Assembly: GCF_009914755.1 (NCBI RefSeq)
Contig: NC_060936.1
DNA from: the human T2T-CHM13v2.0 reference genome, Homo sapiens
Reading direction: 5' to 3' (one strand)
Length of the DNA stretch: 64,000 bases
Shown here: piece after piece, positions 37,601 to 49,691 of the stretch
How positions within the stretch are numbered: position 1 is the first letter of the stretch
How the letters are laid out: every line of letters starts with the position of its first letter
Translations under genes and position numbers: made by a program
Notes under the pieces: model-generated
The model's input: the letters and a program-made list of their open reading frames with translations, nothing else
What the model was told of the DNA's origin: nothing
Databases searched by the model: none

Positions 37601-38265
37601 TTCTTTTTTTCCTAGTTAGTCTAGTAAGCAGTTTGTATCACCATCTTGTAAACAGTTTATTACAAAATGCAAACCATCTAGTAAACGGTTTGTATTTTGT
37701 ATTTTGTTTATCTTTTCAAAAAACAACTGTGTGATTTTTTTTCTGTTGTTTTTTAGTGCTTATTTCGTTAATTTCTGCTCTGGTCTTTGTTATTTCCTTT
37801 CATTTGCCAGCTTTGAACTAAGGTAGTTCTTCTGTCTCTAGACTTTTGAGGCGTTATGTTACATTGCTTATTTGTGATTTTTCTTCTGCTTTGACATAGA
37901 CATTTATTGCTATGAACTTCCCACTTGGAACTGCTTTTGCTGCATGCAATATGCTTTAGTCTGTTTTGTTTTTATTTTTGTCTCCATGTACTTTTTATAT
38001 TTTCTGTGACCCATTGGTTGTTTATGAGCATGTTGTTTAATTTCCACATAGTTGAGTATTTTCCACATTTCTCCTGTAGTTGATTTCTAGTTTTACAGCA
38101 TTGTGATCCAAAAATATACTTAATATAATTTCAATCACCTTGAATTTGTTGTTTTCTTTTGTGACCTTACACGATCTATCCTGGAGAATGTTTCATGTGC
38201 ACCTGAGAAGAATGGGTATCCTACTGCTATTGGATGGAATGTTTTGTATTTGGTCTAAAGTATAA
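34610..38265 (-). mobile_element. L1MA-type LINE-1: 3' UTR plus most of ORF2, degenerate
   Basis: ORF 36070..36921 is L1 ORF2 reverse transcriptase ([16 protein letters not shown]; LFAGDMI in place of FADD); ORF 37306..37491 is also ORF2; T-rich tail at the left end. Confidence 0.88.
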
Positions 38266-38279
38266 TCTACGTCCAATAT

Positions 38280-41252
38280 TTCTTTATTGATTTTATTTCA
38301 ATCCCTGAACACAGGGTCTTTCTATTGTTTTCTTTGAATTCTTTCTTTAATGCATAATAGTTTTTATCGCAGAGATCTTTTACCTCCTTGGTTAAACTTA
38401 TTTCTATTTTACTTTTTTGTGACCATTGTAAAAGGAAGTGCCTTTTTGATGTCTTTTTCAGGTAGTTCTCTACTGGCATATAGAATTGCTACTAATCTTG
38501 TGTATTGATTTTGTATCCTGCAACTTTATTGAATTTGTTTATTTGTTATGGCAAATTTTTTGTGAAGTCTTTAGTATTTCTATGTAAATGATCATGTCAT
38601 CTGCAAACACAGACAAATTTGACTTCCTGCTTTCCTATTTGAATGTTCTTTTTTTCTTTCTCTTGCCAAATTGCTCTGAGTAGGACTTCCAACACTATGT
38701 TGAAGAAAAGTGGTTAAAGTGGGCATCCTTGTCTTCTTGTTCCGGATCTTAGAGGAACAATTTTAACTTTTCCTCATTTTGTATGATGTTAGCTGTGGGT
38801 TTGTCATATATTGACTTTATAATGAGTATTTTCCTTTTAAACCTAATTTGTTGAGAGTTTTTATCATGAAGGATGTTAAATTTTATAAAATACTTTTTCT
38901 ATAACTCTTGAAGCAATTATATGATTTGTGTCCTTGATTCTATTATTGTGATGTATCACACCTATTTATTTGCAGCTGAATCATCCTTGCATCTCTGATA
39001 TAAATCCCACTTGATCATGGTGACTGATCTTTTTAATGTGTTGTTGAATTGGTTTGCTAGTAATTTGTTGGGGATTTTTGCATCTATGCTCATCAGACCT
39101 GTGGTTTTCTTTTTTTGTTGTGTGCTTCTCTGGTATTGGAACTAGTGTAATGCTGGCCTCATAAGATGAGTTTGGAATGATTCTCCGCTTTTTTCTATTT
39201 TTGGAAGAGTTTGGTAAGAATTTGTATTAGTTCTTTTTCAAATAGAATTCAGCAGTAAAACCATCAGGCTCTGGGCTTTTCTTTGATGAAAGAGTCTTTA
39301 TTACTACTTCTGTCTTGTTACACATGATTAGTTTGTTCAGGTTTTCTATTTCTTCATGATTTAATCTTGGTATATTATATGTATCCAGTAATTTACCTAT
39401 TTCTGCTGGATTTTCCAGTTTGTTGGCATATAATTGCCCATAATAGTCTCTTCTGAGCCTTTGTATTTCTATCATATCAGTCGTAATGTCCCTTTCAAAA
39501 ATCTTTGATTTTACTTGTCTTTGCTCTTTTTTTCTTAGTCTAGCTAAATGTTTGTGAATTTTATTTATTTATTTTTAAAGAACCAACTATCTTCGTCATT
39601 GATCTTGTGTATTTGTTTTAATCTCTCATTTATTTCTGTTCTGATCTTTGTTGTTTCTTTCCTTCCACTAATTTGGGGCTTAGTTTGTTCCTGTTTTTCT
39701 AGTTCCATGAGGTATAACTTTAGGTTGTTTTTTAAATATCTTTCTATTTTGTTGATGTATGCATTTATTAATATAAATTTCCCTCATAGAACTGCTTTTG
39801 CTATATCCCACAGATTCTAGTAGGTTGTGTTTCCATTTGAACTTGCCTCAAGGAATTTTTTTAAATTTTCTATTTAACTTTTTCCTTAAAAATTAGTCTT
39901 TATACTAAATATATAAATGGCTTGCACATCATAATTATAGTATTACGTTATTCTGACTTTGTCTGTGTACTCACTTTTACCAGTGATTTTAATACATTCA
40001 GGTGTTTTCTTATTACATGTTAGCATTCTTTTCATTGAGAATAAACAACTCCTTTTAGCATTTCATGTAAGACAGATCCGGTGTAAATGAATTCCTTCAG
40101 TTTTTATTTTTCTAGAAAAGTCTTTGTCTCTCCATGATGTTTTAAGAATAGCTTTGCTGAGTACTGTATTATTGACTGATGGTTTTTTTTTTTTTTTCAT
40201 TCAGCATTTTGAATATGTTATCCTGCTTTCTCCTGCCCTGCAGGGTTTCTGCCGTGAAACCCACTGAAAGCTGGATTGAGTCTCGGCTAAAAATACGTTT
40301 CTCTTCTCTTGCTGCTTTCAGCATTCTTTCTTTGTCTTTAATTTTTGATAATTTGATTATAATGTGTCTTGGGGAATTTCTCCTTAGTTTAAAATTTGAT
40401 TGGTGACCTCTGGGCTTCCTCTACCTGAACAATGTCATAGATTTGGAAAATTTTCAGACATTATATCCTTAAATATGCTTCCTAGACCTTTTTCTCTCTC
40501 CTCCTTTTTGGGAATTATTATTATGTGGCGCTTAGTTTGCTTGATGGTGGCCCATAATTCCCATAGGTCTTTTTCACTCTATTTTCTTTTTTCCTTCTCT
40601 GATTGGGTAATTTCACATATCTGGTCTTGAAGCTCACTGACTTTTGTGTGAACAAGTCTAAATGGGGTTTTCTGATGAGTTTTTCAGTACAGTTATTGTG
40701 GTTTTTTCTTTCTAGGATTCCTATTTGGTTTTTCATTAAATTGTTCCTCTGTCTTTGTCAAATTTTTTATTTCTGGATGGTTTTCCAAATTTTATTTATA
40801 TTTTTTAAACATTTTCTTTGTTATTCACTGAATTCCTTTAAGAAGATTATTCTGAATTCTTTATCAGACATTTTATAGAACTTCAATTTTTCTGTGTCCA
40901 TTATTGGAACTTTGTTGATGTTGTTTTTCTTTTTTCTTTGCTTTGCTTTTCCTTTTTTTTTTTTTTGACAGTGTCAACTATCCCTAAGTTTTCACAATCC
41001 TTGCATATTTTCACTGATGCTCACACATTTGAGAAGTTGGCCATGTCTTCCAGCTTTTGCAGGTGATCTTTGGTGGTTTGGTACTTAACATTAGAACATA
41101 ATCATTTGTCTGCTGTTACTTTCCATTCTGGGGAAGACTTATCGTGAGTACCAGAACTAAAATACTGCACAAGACCTAACTTGCTGCCCTGCCATTGTTT
41201 CTCAGTCTGGGGAACGCTTACAAAGAGCACCAAAACTTAAGCCACAGCAGAA
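38280..41252 (-). mobile_element. Second old L1 (L1M): part of ORF2, ORF1 and 5' region; no 3' end
   Basis: ORFs 38267..38479 and 39227..39475 repeat the ORF2 interval already seen in the previous element; ORF1-like sequence at ~40000-40900. Boundaries approximate. Confidence 0.75.
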
Positions 41253-41254
41253 AT

Positions 41255-44200
41255 TAATACGATATTGATTCTTTCTATCCATGAGGATGGGATGTTTTTC
41301 CATTTGTTTGCGTCTTCTTTTATTTCCTTGAGCAGTAGTTTGTAGTTTTCCTTGAAGAGGTCCTTCACATCCCTTGTTAACTGTATTCCTAGGTATTTTA
41401 TTCTCTTTGTAGCAGTTGTGAATGGGAGTTCATTCATGATTTGAGTCTCTGTTTGTCTATTGTTGAAGTATAGGAGTGCCTGTGATTTTTGCACATTGAT
41501 TTTGTATCCTGAGACTTTGCTGAAGTTGCTTATCAGCTTAAGGAGTTTTGGGGCTGAGATGATGGGGTTTTCTAAATATAGAATCATGTTGCCTGCAAAC
41601 AGAGACAATTTGACTTCCTCTCTTCCTATTTGAATACTCTTTATTTCTTTTCTTGCCTGATTGCCCTGGCCAGAACTTCCAATACTATGTTGAATAGGAG
41701 TGGTGAAAGAGGGCTTCCTTATCTTGTGCTGGTTTTCAAAGGGAATGCTTCCAGCTTTTGCCCATTCAGTATGATATTGGGTGTGGGTCTGTCATAAATA
41801 GCTCTTATTATTTTGAGATATGTTCCATCAATACCAAGTTTACTGAGAGTTTTTAACATGAAGGGATGTTGAATTTTATCAAAGGCCTTTTCTGCATCTA
41901 TTGAGATAACCATGTGGTTTTTGTCATTGATTCTGTTTATATGACGATGGATTACATTTATTGATTTGCGTATGTTGAACCAGCCTTGCACCCCAGGGAT
42001 GAAGCTGACTTGATTGTGGTGGATAAGCTTTTTGATACGCTGCTGGATTCGGTTTGCCAATATTTTATTGAGGATTTTCGCATTGATGTTCATCAGGGAT
42101 GTTGGCCTGAAGTTTTCTTTTTTTGTTGTGCCTCTGCCAGGTTTTGGCATCAGGATGATGCTGACCTCAGAAAATGAGTTAGGGAGAAGTCCCACCTTCT
42201 AAATTGTTTGGAATAGTTTCAGAAGGAATGGTATCAGCTCCTCTTTGTACCACTGTAGAATTCGGCTATGAATCTGTCTGGTCCTGGACTATTTTTGGTT
42301 AGTAGGCTATTAATTACTGCCTCAATTTCTGAGCTTGTTCTTGGTATATTCAGGGATTTGACTTCCTCTTGGTTCAATATTGGGAGGGTGTATGTGTCCA
42401 GGAATTTATGTGTTTCTTCTAGATTTTCTAGTTTATTTGCGTAGAGGTGTTTATAGTATTCTCTGATGGTAGTTTGTATTTCTGTGGGGTCAGTGTTGAT
42501 ACCCCCTTTATCACTTTTTATTGTGTCTATTTGATCCTTCTCTCTTTTCTTCTTTATTATTCTAGATAGCTATCTATTTTGTTAATTTTTTCAAAAAACA
42601 AGCTCCTGGATTCATTGATTTTTTTGGAGGTTTTTTGTATCTCTATCACCTTCAATTCTGCTTTAATCTTAGTTAATTCTTGTCTTCTAGCTTTTTGATT
42701 AGTTTGCTCTTGCTTCTCTAGCACTTTTAATTTAATTGTGATGTTAGAGTGCTGATGTGAGATATTTCCAGCTTTCTGATGTGGATATTTAGTGCTATAA
42801 ATTTCCCTGTTAACACTGCTTTAGCTGTGTCCCAGAGATGCTGACATGTTGTCTCTTTGTTCTCATTGGTTTCAAAGAACTTCTTGATTTCTGCCTTAAT
42901 TTCACTATTTACCCAGGAGTCATTCAGGAGCTGGTTGTTCAATTTCTATGTAATTGTGTGGTTTTGAGTGAGTTTCTTAATACTGAGTTCTAATTTGATT
43001 GCACTGTGGTCTGAGAGATCGTGTTATGATTTCAATTCTTTTGCATTTGCTGAGGAGTGTTTTACTTCCAATTATATGGTCAATTTTATAAGTAAGTGCC
43101 ATGTGGCACTGAGAATGTGTATCCTGTTGATCTGGGGTGGAGAGTTCTGTAGATGTCTGTTAGGTCCACTTGATCCAGAGCTGAGTTCAAGTCCTTAATA
43201 TCCTTGTTAATTTTCTGTCTCGTTGTATTGACAGTGGGATGTTAAAGTATCCCACTATTATTGTGTGGGAGTCTCAGTCTCTTTGTTGGTCTCTAAGAAC
43301 TTGTTTTATGAATCTGGGTGCTCCTGTACTGGGTGCATATATAAGAATAGTTAGCTCTTCTTGTTGAATTGATCCATTTACCATTATGTAATGCCCTTCT
43401 TTGTCTTTTTTGATCTTTGTTGGTTTAAAGTCCGTTTTGTCAGAGACTAGGATTACAACCCCTGCTTTCTTTTGCTTTCCATTTACTTGGGAAGTTTACC
43501 TCCAGCCCTTTATTTTGAGCCCATATGTGTCTTTGTATGTGAGATGAGTCTCCTGAATTCAGCACACCGATTGGTCTTGACTCTTTATCCAATTTGTCAG
43601 TGTGTGTCTTTTAGTTGGGACATTTAGCCCATTTACATTTAAGATTAATATTGTTATGTGTGAATTTAATCCTGTCATCATGATGCTATCTGGTTATTTT
43701 GCACACTAGTTGCTGCAGTTTCTTCACAGTGTCATTAGTCTTTATATTTTGGTGTGTTTTTGCAGTGTCTGGTACCGGTTTTTCCTTTCCATATTTAATG
43801 CTTCCTTCAGGAGCTCCTCCAAGCCTGGTGGTGATGAAATCCCTCACCTTCTCTCCACTATTATCCTATGACCCTGCCACATCCCCCTCTCCAAGAAACA
43901 CCCAAGAATGATCAATAAATACTAAAAAAAAAAAAAAAAAAAAAAAAAGAATGTTGAATATCGGCCACCCCTCTCTTCTGTCTTGTAGGGTTTCTGCTGA
44001 GAGGCCTGCTGTTAGTCTGATGGGCTTACCTTTGTAGGTGGCCTGGCATTTCTTTCTGGTTGCCCTTAACATTTTTTCCTTCATTTCAACCGTGGAGAAT
44101 CTGATGATTATGTGTCTTGGGATTGATCTTCTCAGAGATTGTCTTAGTGGTGTCCTCTGAATTTCCTGAATTTGAATATTGGCCTGTCTTGCTAGGTTGG

Positions 44201-46123
44201 GAAAGTTCTTCAGGATAATATCCTGAAGTGTGTTTTCCAACTTAGTTCCATTCTCTGATTCTCTTTCAGGTACTCCAATCAGTCATAGCTTTGGTCTTTT
44301 TACATAGTCCCATATTTCTTGGAGGTTTTGTTCATTCCTTTTCATTCTTTTTCTCTAATCTCGTCTGCCTTCCTTTCAGCAAGATAGTCTTCAAACTCTG
44401 ATATTCTTTCTTCCATTTGGTCAACTAAGCTATTGATACTTGTTTATGCTTCACGAAGTTCTTGTGCTGTATTTTTCAGCTCCATTAGGTCATTTATGTT
44501 CCTCTCTAAACTGGTTATTCTAGTTAGCACCTCCTGTAACCTTTTATCAAGGTTCTTAGCTTCTTTGCATTGGGTTAGAATATGCTCCTCTAGTGCAGCG
44601 TAGCTTGCTATTACCCCCCTTCTGAAGCCTACTTCTGTCAATTTTTCCATCTCATCCTCTGTCCAGTTCTGCACCCTTGCTGGACAGGTGTTGCAGTCAG
44701 TTGTAGGAGATGAGGCACTCTGGCCTTTTGGATTTTCAGCGTTTGTTTGCTGATTCTTTCTCATCTTCATGAGACAAACTCACAAATTCTTCGTGAGTTT
44801 GTCTAGTTTCGATCTTTGAGTCTGCTGACCCTTGGATGGGGTTTTTGTGGGGACCTTTTTTGTTGATGCTGTTGTTGTTGCATTCTGTTTGTTTGTTTTT
44901 TTTCTTTTAATGGTCAGGTCCCTCTTCTGTAGGGCTGCTGCAGTTTGCTGGGGGTTCACTTCAGGCTCTATTCATCTGGTAACTCCCATGTGTGGAGATG
45001 TCACTCGAGAAGGCTGGAGAACAGCAAAGGTGGGTGCCTGTGCCTTCTCCTGGGATTTCTGACCTTGAGGGGCACTGACCTGATGCCATTAGGAATGCTC
45101 CTGTATTGGGTGTCTGACAACCTCTGTTGGAGGGTCTCACCCAGTTGGGTGGCATGGGGAGCAGGACTCGTTTAACGAAGCACTTTGACTGTCCTGTGGT
45201 AGAAGGGTTGTGCTTCACTGTGGGGAAAACCCACTCATATGGGCTGCCCAATTCTTCAGAACTAGCAGGAGGAAAGACTAGGTCTGCTGGCCTGCCGAAT
45301 CTGTGGCTACCCGTCCTCTTAGGGGCTCAGGCCCAGGGAGATCAGAGTTCTGTCCCCAAGCCCCTGGCTGGAGTTGTTGGAGTTCCTACAGGGAGGCCCT
45401 GCCCAGTGAGTAGGAGTGGGTCAGGGTCAGGCATGAAGAGGCACTCTGGCCACAGTCTGCCATAGCTTGTGTGTTGGGCTGTGGGGTATACCTCTTGAGA
45501 CCAAGCTTTCCAGCCTCCTTGGCTCCAGCCAGGAGGGGTGGGGGGTTAGGAAGGGGGAGTGCAGCCTGGAGCTATAGAGATGGCTGCCGCCCATCCCCCG
45601 CCCTGGGATCTTAGTTTGTTAGGTAGCTCTATCCCAGTGTCGACTGCCGCCTTTCCCACAAGGACCTCACAGGGCTTAGACAGCAGGCAACTGCAGCTGT
45701 GGTGCTGGCCACCTCTCCTCCCAGGAGCTCAGCAGGCTTAAGCAGATTTTAGCCGAGTGGCTGTTGAGAATCTGTGCGGCTCCATGGTTAGGACCCTAGG
45801 CCCCAGTGGTGTGGGATCTTCCAAATCATGGGTTGCACAGTTCCATGGAAAAAGCATGGTTTCCTATGCAGGGTAGCACGCTCACTTACTGCCTCCCTTG
45901 GCTGGGGGGTGGGGGCTGCCCTGCCCTATGTGGCTCTCAGGTGGCCCACTGCACCATACTGCTCTTCCTTCCTCTCTGTGGGTCACACCAGCTGCCTACT
46001 CAGTTCTAATGACAGAACCTGGATACCTTAATTGCCAGTGCAGGATTTGCACACTGTTATGGTTCTTTTCAATGGAAGCCTCTGATAGCTGCTGCTTCTA
46101 GTTGGCCATCTTGGCCCTGCCCC
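41255..46123 (-). mobile_element. Older primate L1PA-type LINE-1: 5' UTR, ORF1, endonuclease and part of RT; 3' end missing
   Basis: 5' terminus ggggcagggccaagatggcc (reverse strand, ending 46123); ORF1 pieces 44444..44770 and 43866..44240 (NFPNLARQANIQIQEIQRTP); ORF2 pieces 42727..42942, 41719..42195 and 41237..41608. Confidence 0.9.
43846..43948 (+). mobile_element. Extremely 5'-truncated SVA (SINE-R 3' end plus A25)
   Basis: ccttctctccactattatcctatgaccctgccacatccccctctccaagaaacacccaagaatgatcaataaatact followed by 25 A matches the HERV-K-LTR-derived SVA terminus. Confidence 0.85.
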
Positions 46124-48405
46124 TAATTTGTATCTCTTAACAATTTACTTCAGCAGTTGTTTTTAATAGCTTTTTCTTCTAACTCTCTAAAACTGCTTTA
46201 CACACCACCCTTAGAGTGTTAGAGAATTCTGAGTATGGATATGCATCACTTATACCATTGAGCCTTTTTTTCTCGTTTTCATTTGTTTTTTGTTATTAAT
46301 TAGCAGACTTTTATTTTAGCTTAAATAACTCCCATTAGCAATTCCTGTAAAACAGGGCTAGTGGTGATGAACTCCATTAGCTTTTATTTTTTCCCTCATT
46401 TCTGAAGGACAACTTTGCCAGGTAAAGTATTCTTGTTGGCAGGTTTTTTTTTTTTTCTTCAGCAATTTGAATATATCATCCTATTCTCTCCTGGCTTGCA
46501 GGGTCTCTGCTGCAAAATCTGTTTAAAGTCATATTTGTAGTCCATTGAATGTGATATCTTCTTTATATGTTGTTGCTTTTATTATTCTTTCCTTACCTTT
46601 GATTTTTGATAATTGGAGTGTGATGTCTTGGGGATTTCCTCTTTGAGTTGAATTTAATTGATGACTTCTGAATTTTCTATATCTGAACATTGTCATCTTT
46701 CCTCAGATTTGAGACATTTTTCATCATTATTTTATTAAATATGCTTTCTAGGCCCTTTTCTCTCTCCTCTCCTTTAGGAACTCCTACTATTTGAAGGTTA
46801 GTTCACTTGACAGTGGCTCTTAATTCTCATAAACTTTCTTCATTCTTTTTCATTATGTTTTTCTTTTTGTTTCTCTGATTGGATAATTTCAGATGTCCTG
46901 TCTTTGTGCTCACTGTTTTTTTCTTTTGCTCGATCATGTCTACTATTGAAGCTTTCTAATAACTTTTTCAGTTCAGTTATTGTATTCTTTATCTCTAGAA
47001 TTTTTACTTGGGTTTTTGGTATTTTTTATATTTCTTTGTAAGATGTATTCTTTTGTTTTCCATATTTCATTTAATTTTCTATCTGAATTTTCTTTTAGTG
47101 CCTTGAACTGCTTTAAGAGTATTCTGAATATTTTATCAGACATTTCATAGTACTCCATTTCTTCATGGTCTGTTACTGGCATTTTATTAGTTTCCTTTGG
47201 CAGTGTCATATTTCCATGATTTTTTATAATCCTTGTGTCCTTATATTAGTGCCTGCATATGTGAGGACATCATCACCTCTTCCAGTCATTGTTTGTGTTT
47301 TTTGATGGTGATAGAGCTGTACTATTTAGTATAACCTAGAATTCTGGTTGGGCCAGCTGGTAGCAACATTGGTAGGATCACTGCTCTGCAGCTAAAGTTG
47401 TGCAGGACCAAATACTTCATTTATAGGTAATTACTGATCTGTAGGTGCCTCCTAGCATGGGGAAGACAACAAGAGCATTGGGCTCAGTTGGATTACCTGT
47501 TCATTTCTAGGATTGGGTAGGGCCAAATGCTCCCTCCATGGGTAACTGCTAATCTGCAGTTGCCTTCAAGTCTGGGAAAGACTTAATGCAAGCATTGAAA
47601 TTAGTTGGATCACCTCTTCATGGCCAGAGTTGGGCAGGGCCAGATACTCTGTGGATAATCACTGATCTGCAGTTCCTCCCCAGTATGGGGAAAACTTAAA
47701 TTTGAGTACCGAAACTTAGGGGATTACCTCTCCACTGGTAGGACTGAGCAAGTTCGGATACTCTCTCCATGGGCAATCACTGATCTACAGTTGCCTGTCA
47801 ACCCTGGGAAGACTTGTGAGAGCATCTGGGCTGTGTGGGGAAGCTGTCTAAGGATTGGACCATGAAATATCCATGAACTATGTTTTCTCCATTATAATGT
47901 TGTTGCTAGTCTCTCTGGTATGGCACCTCCACTGGCCAGATGAAGAGCAACCCCCACAATCTGTGTGCTGGTGGCTGAGAGCCCCACTCCTTTTCTTTTT
48001 TTCTAAATGAGCCCAGGTGGTTTAACCTTGTTGGTACTCCTAGCATTTCCTTTGAGACAAGACAGGAGTGAGCCTCCTGCAAAGGGTCCCAGAAAAGTGG
48101 GAAGACTGAATGTGTGCCTCCAACTCACATTTGTCTCTGTAGAAACTGCAAGTCCAGGGAAATTATCTGTGGATGATGCTGTGCTAGCTTGAAGGAGCGG
48201 TGACACAATCAAAGAGAACCATTTCTTTTACTGTGTAATCATAGCCCTTCTAGATTCTGCAGTCCAAAGGGTGTCTCAGCTTCACTCTCAAGTTTTAGGA
48301 TATTCAGGGTGGTATTCTCGCCTGTGGATAGTTGCTAATTGAATTTCTGGGTATGGGGGTAGTGAGGCCACAGAAATCTTTGTCACTTTGTTGATGTCAC
48401 TCTTC
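46124..48405 (-). mobile_element. Old L1M inter-ORF, ORF1 and 5' UTR segment
   Basis: ORF 46973..47209 resembles an L1M ORF1 N-terminus (PKETNKMPVTD..EM..YEMSDK.F.I); diverged tandem repeats in the 5' UTR at ~47400-47830; terminus tgatgtcactcttc. Confidence 0.7.
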
Positions 48406-48487
48406 CAATGTGTTATTTTAATCCTGTATTAGTATATGTTAATGGTGTGACCTTAAACTAGTGGCTTCTTTGTGCCTCAGTTTTCTT

Positions 48488-48788
<301 letters not shown>

Positions 48789-49014
48789 TGTGCCTCAGTT
48801 TTCTTGTTTAAAAAACAGATTTTTTTTTGAAGATTAAATGAATTGATATCAGTAAAATTCTTAGAAGAATGTCCAGCACTAAGTGAGGGCTTTATAAAAG
48901 TTTGTTGCAATTAATGTAAGTGTTCCAAATGAAGTGATGAGAAATTAGTTACATCTCTGGGTAATTGTTTTTTCTTTTATTTAAAATTATCTAAGTTTAT
49001 TTTTGCTATTTTTA

Positions 49015-49320
<306 letters not shown>

Positions 49321-49484
49321 AAAAAATCTGTATATCGAAGTTCATAAATTGAACTATTAGTCATTTAAGTTCTCTGAGTTTGAGGCTTGTTGACTGACAG
49401 ACTGGATCACACTTTTTGTCAGGTTTAGATTGGGAGGTATTTCATCAAGTCATCCCTAACTTCTAATACAATTTCAGATACAAG

Positions 49485-49691
49485 CAGAGGTATGCTGAAC
49501 CTGGCCCATACTGTTTTGCGAGAGCCAATTGTGTGTCCTTCTTCTCAATTCTGTATTTAATGACATCACATTGATACCCTAAAATCACCCATAATGGGAG
49601 TATTTACACCACATAAAATTGGCAAATGCCACAAATCAGAGCTTTTTTCCTAAGGAAACAAAGTAAGCCAGCTATTAAATATTCATCACTG
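49485..49691. mobile_element. hAT DNA transposon relic (MER63-like)
   Basis: gcgagagccaattgtg...gggagtatttacaccac...ggcaaatgccacaaatcag; cagagg...tcactg ends. Confidence 0.6.

Noticed and set aside
41237-44770. L1 ORF1/ORF2 pieces as an active retrotransposon
   Set aside because: The frames are broken, the RT motif reads FAGN, ORF1 is interrupted by the SVA, and the 3' end is missing.
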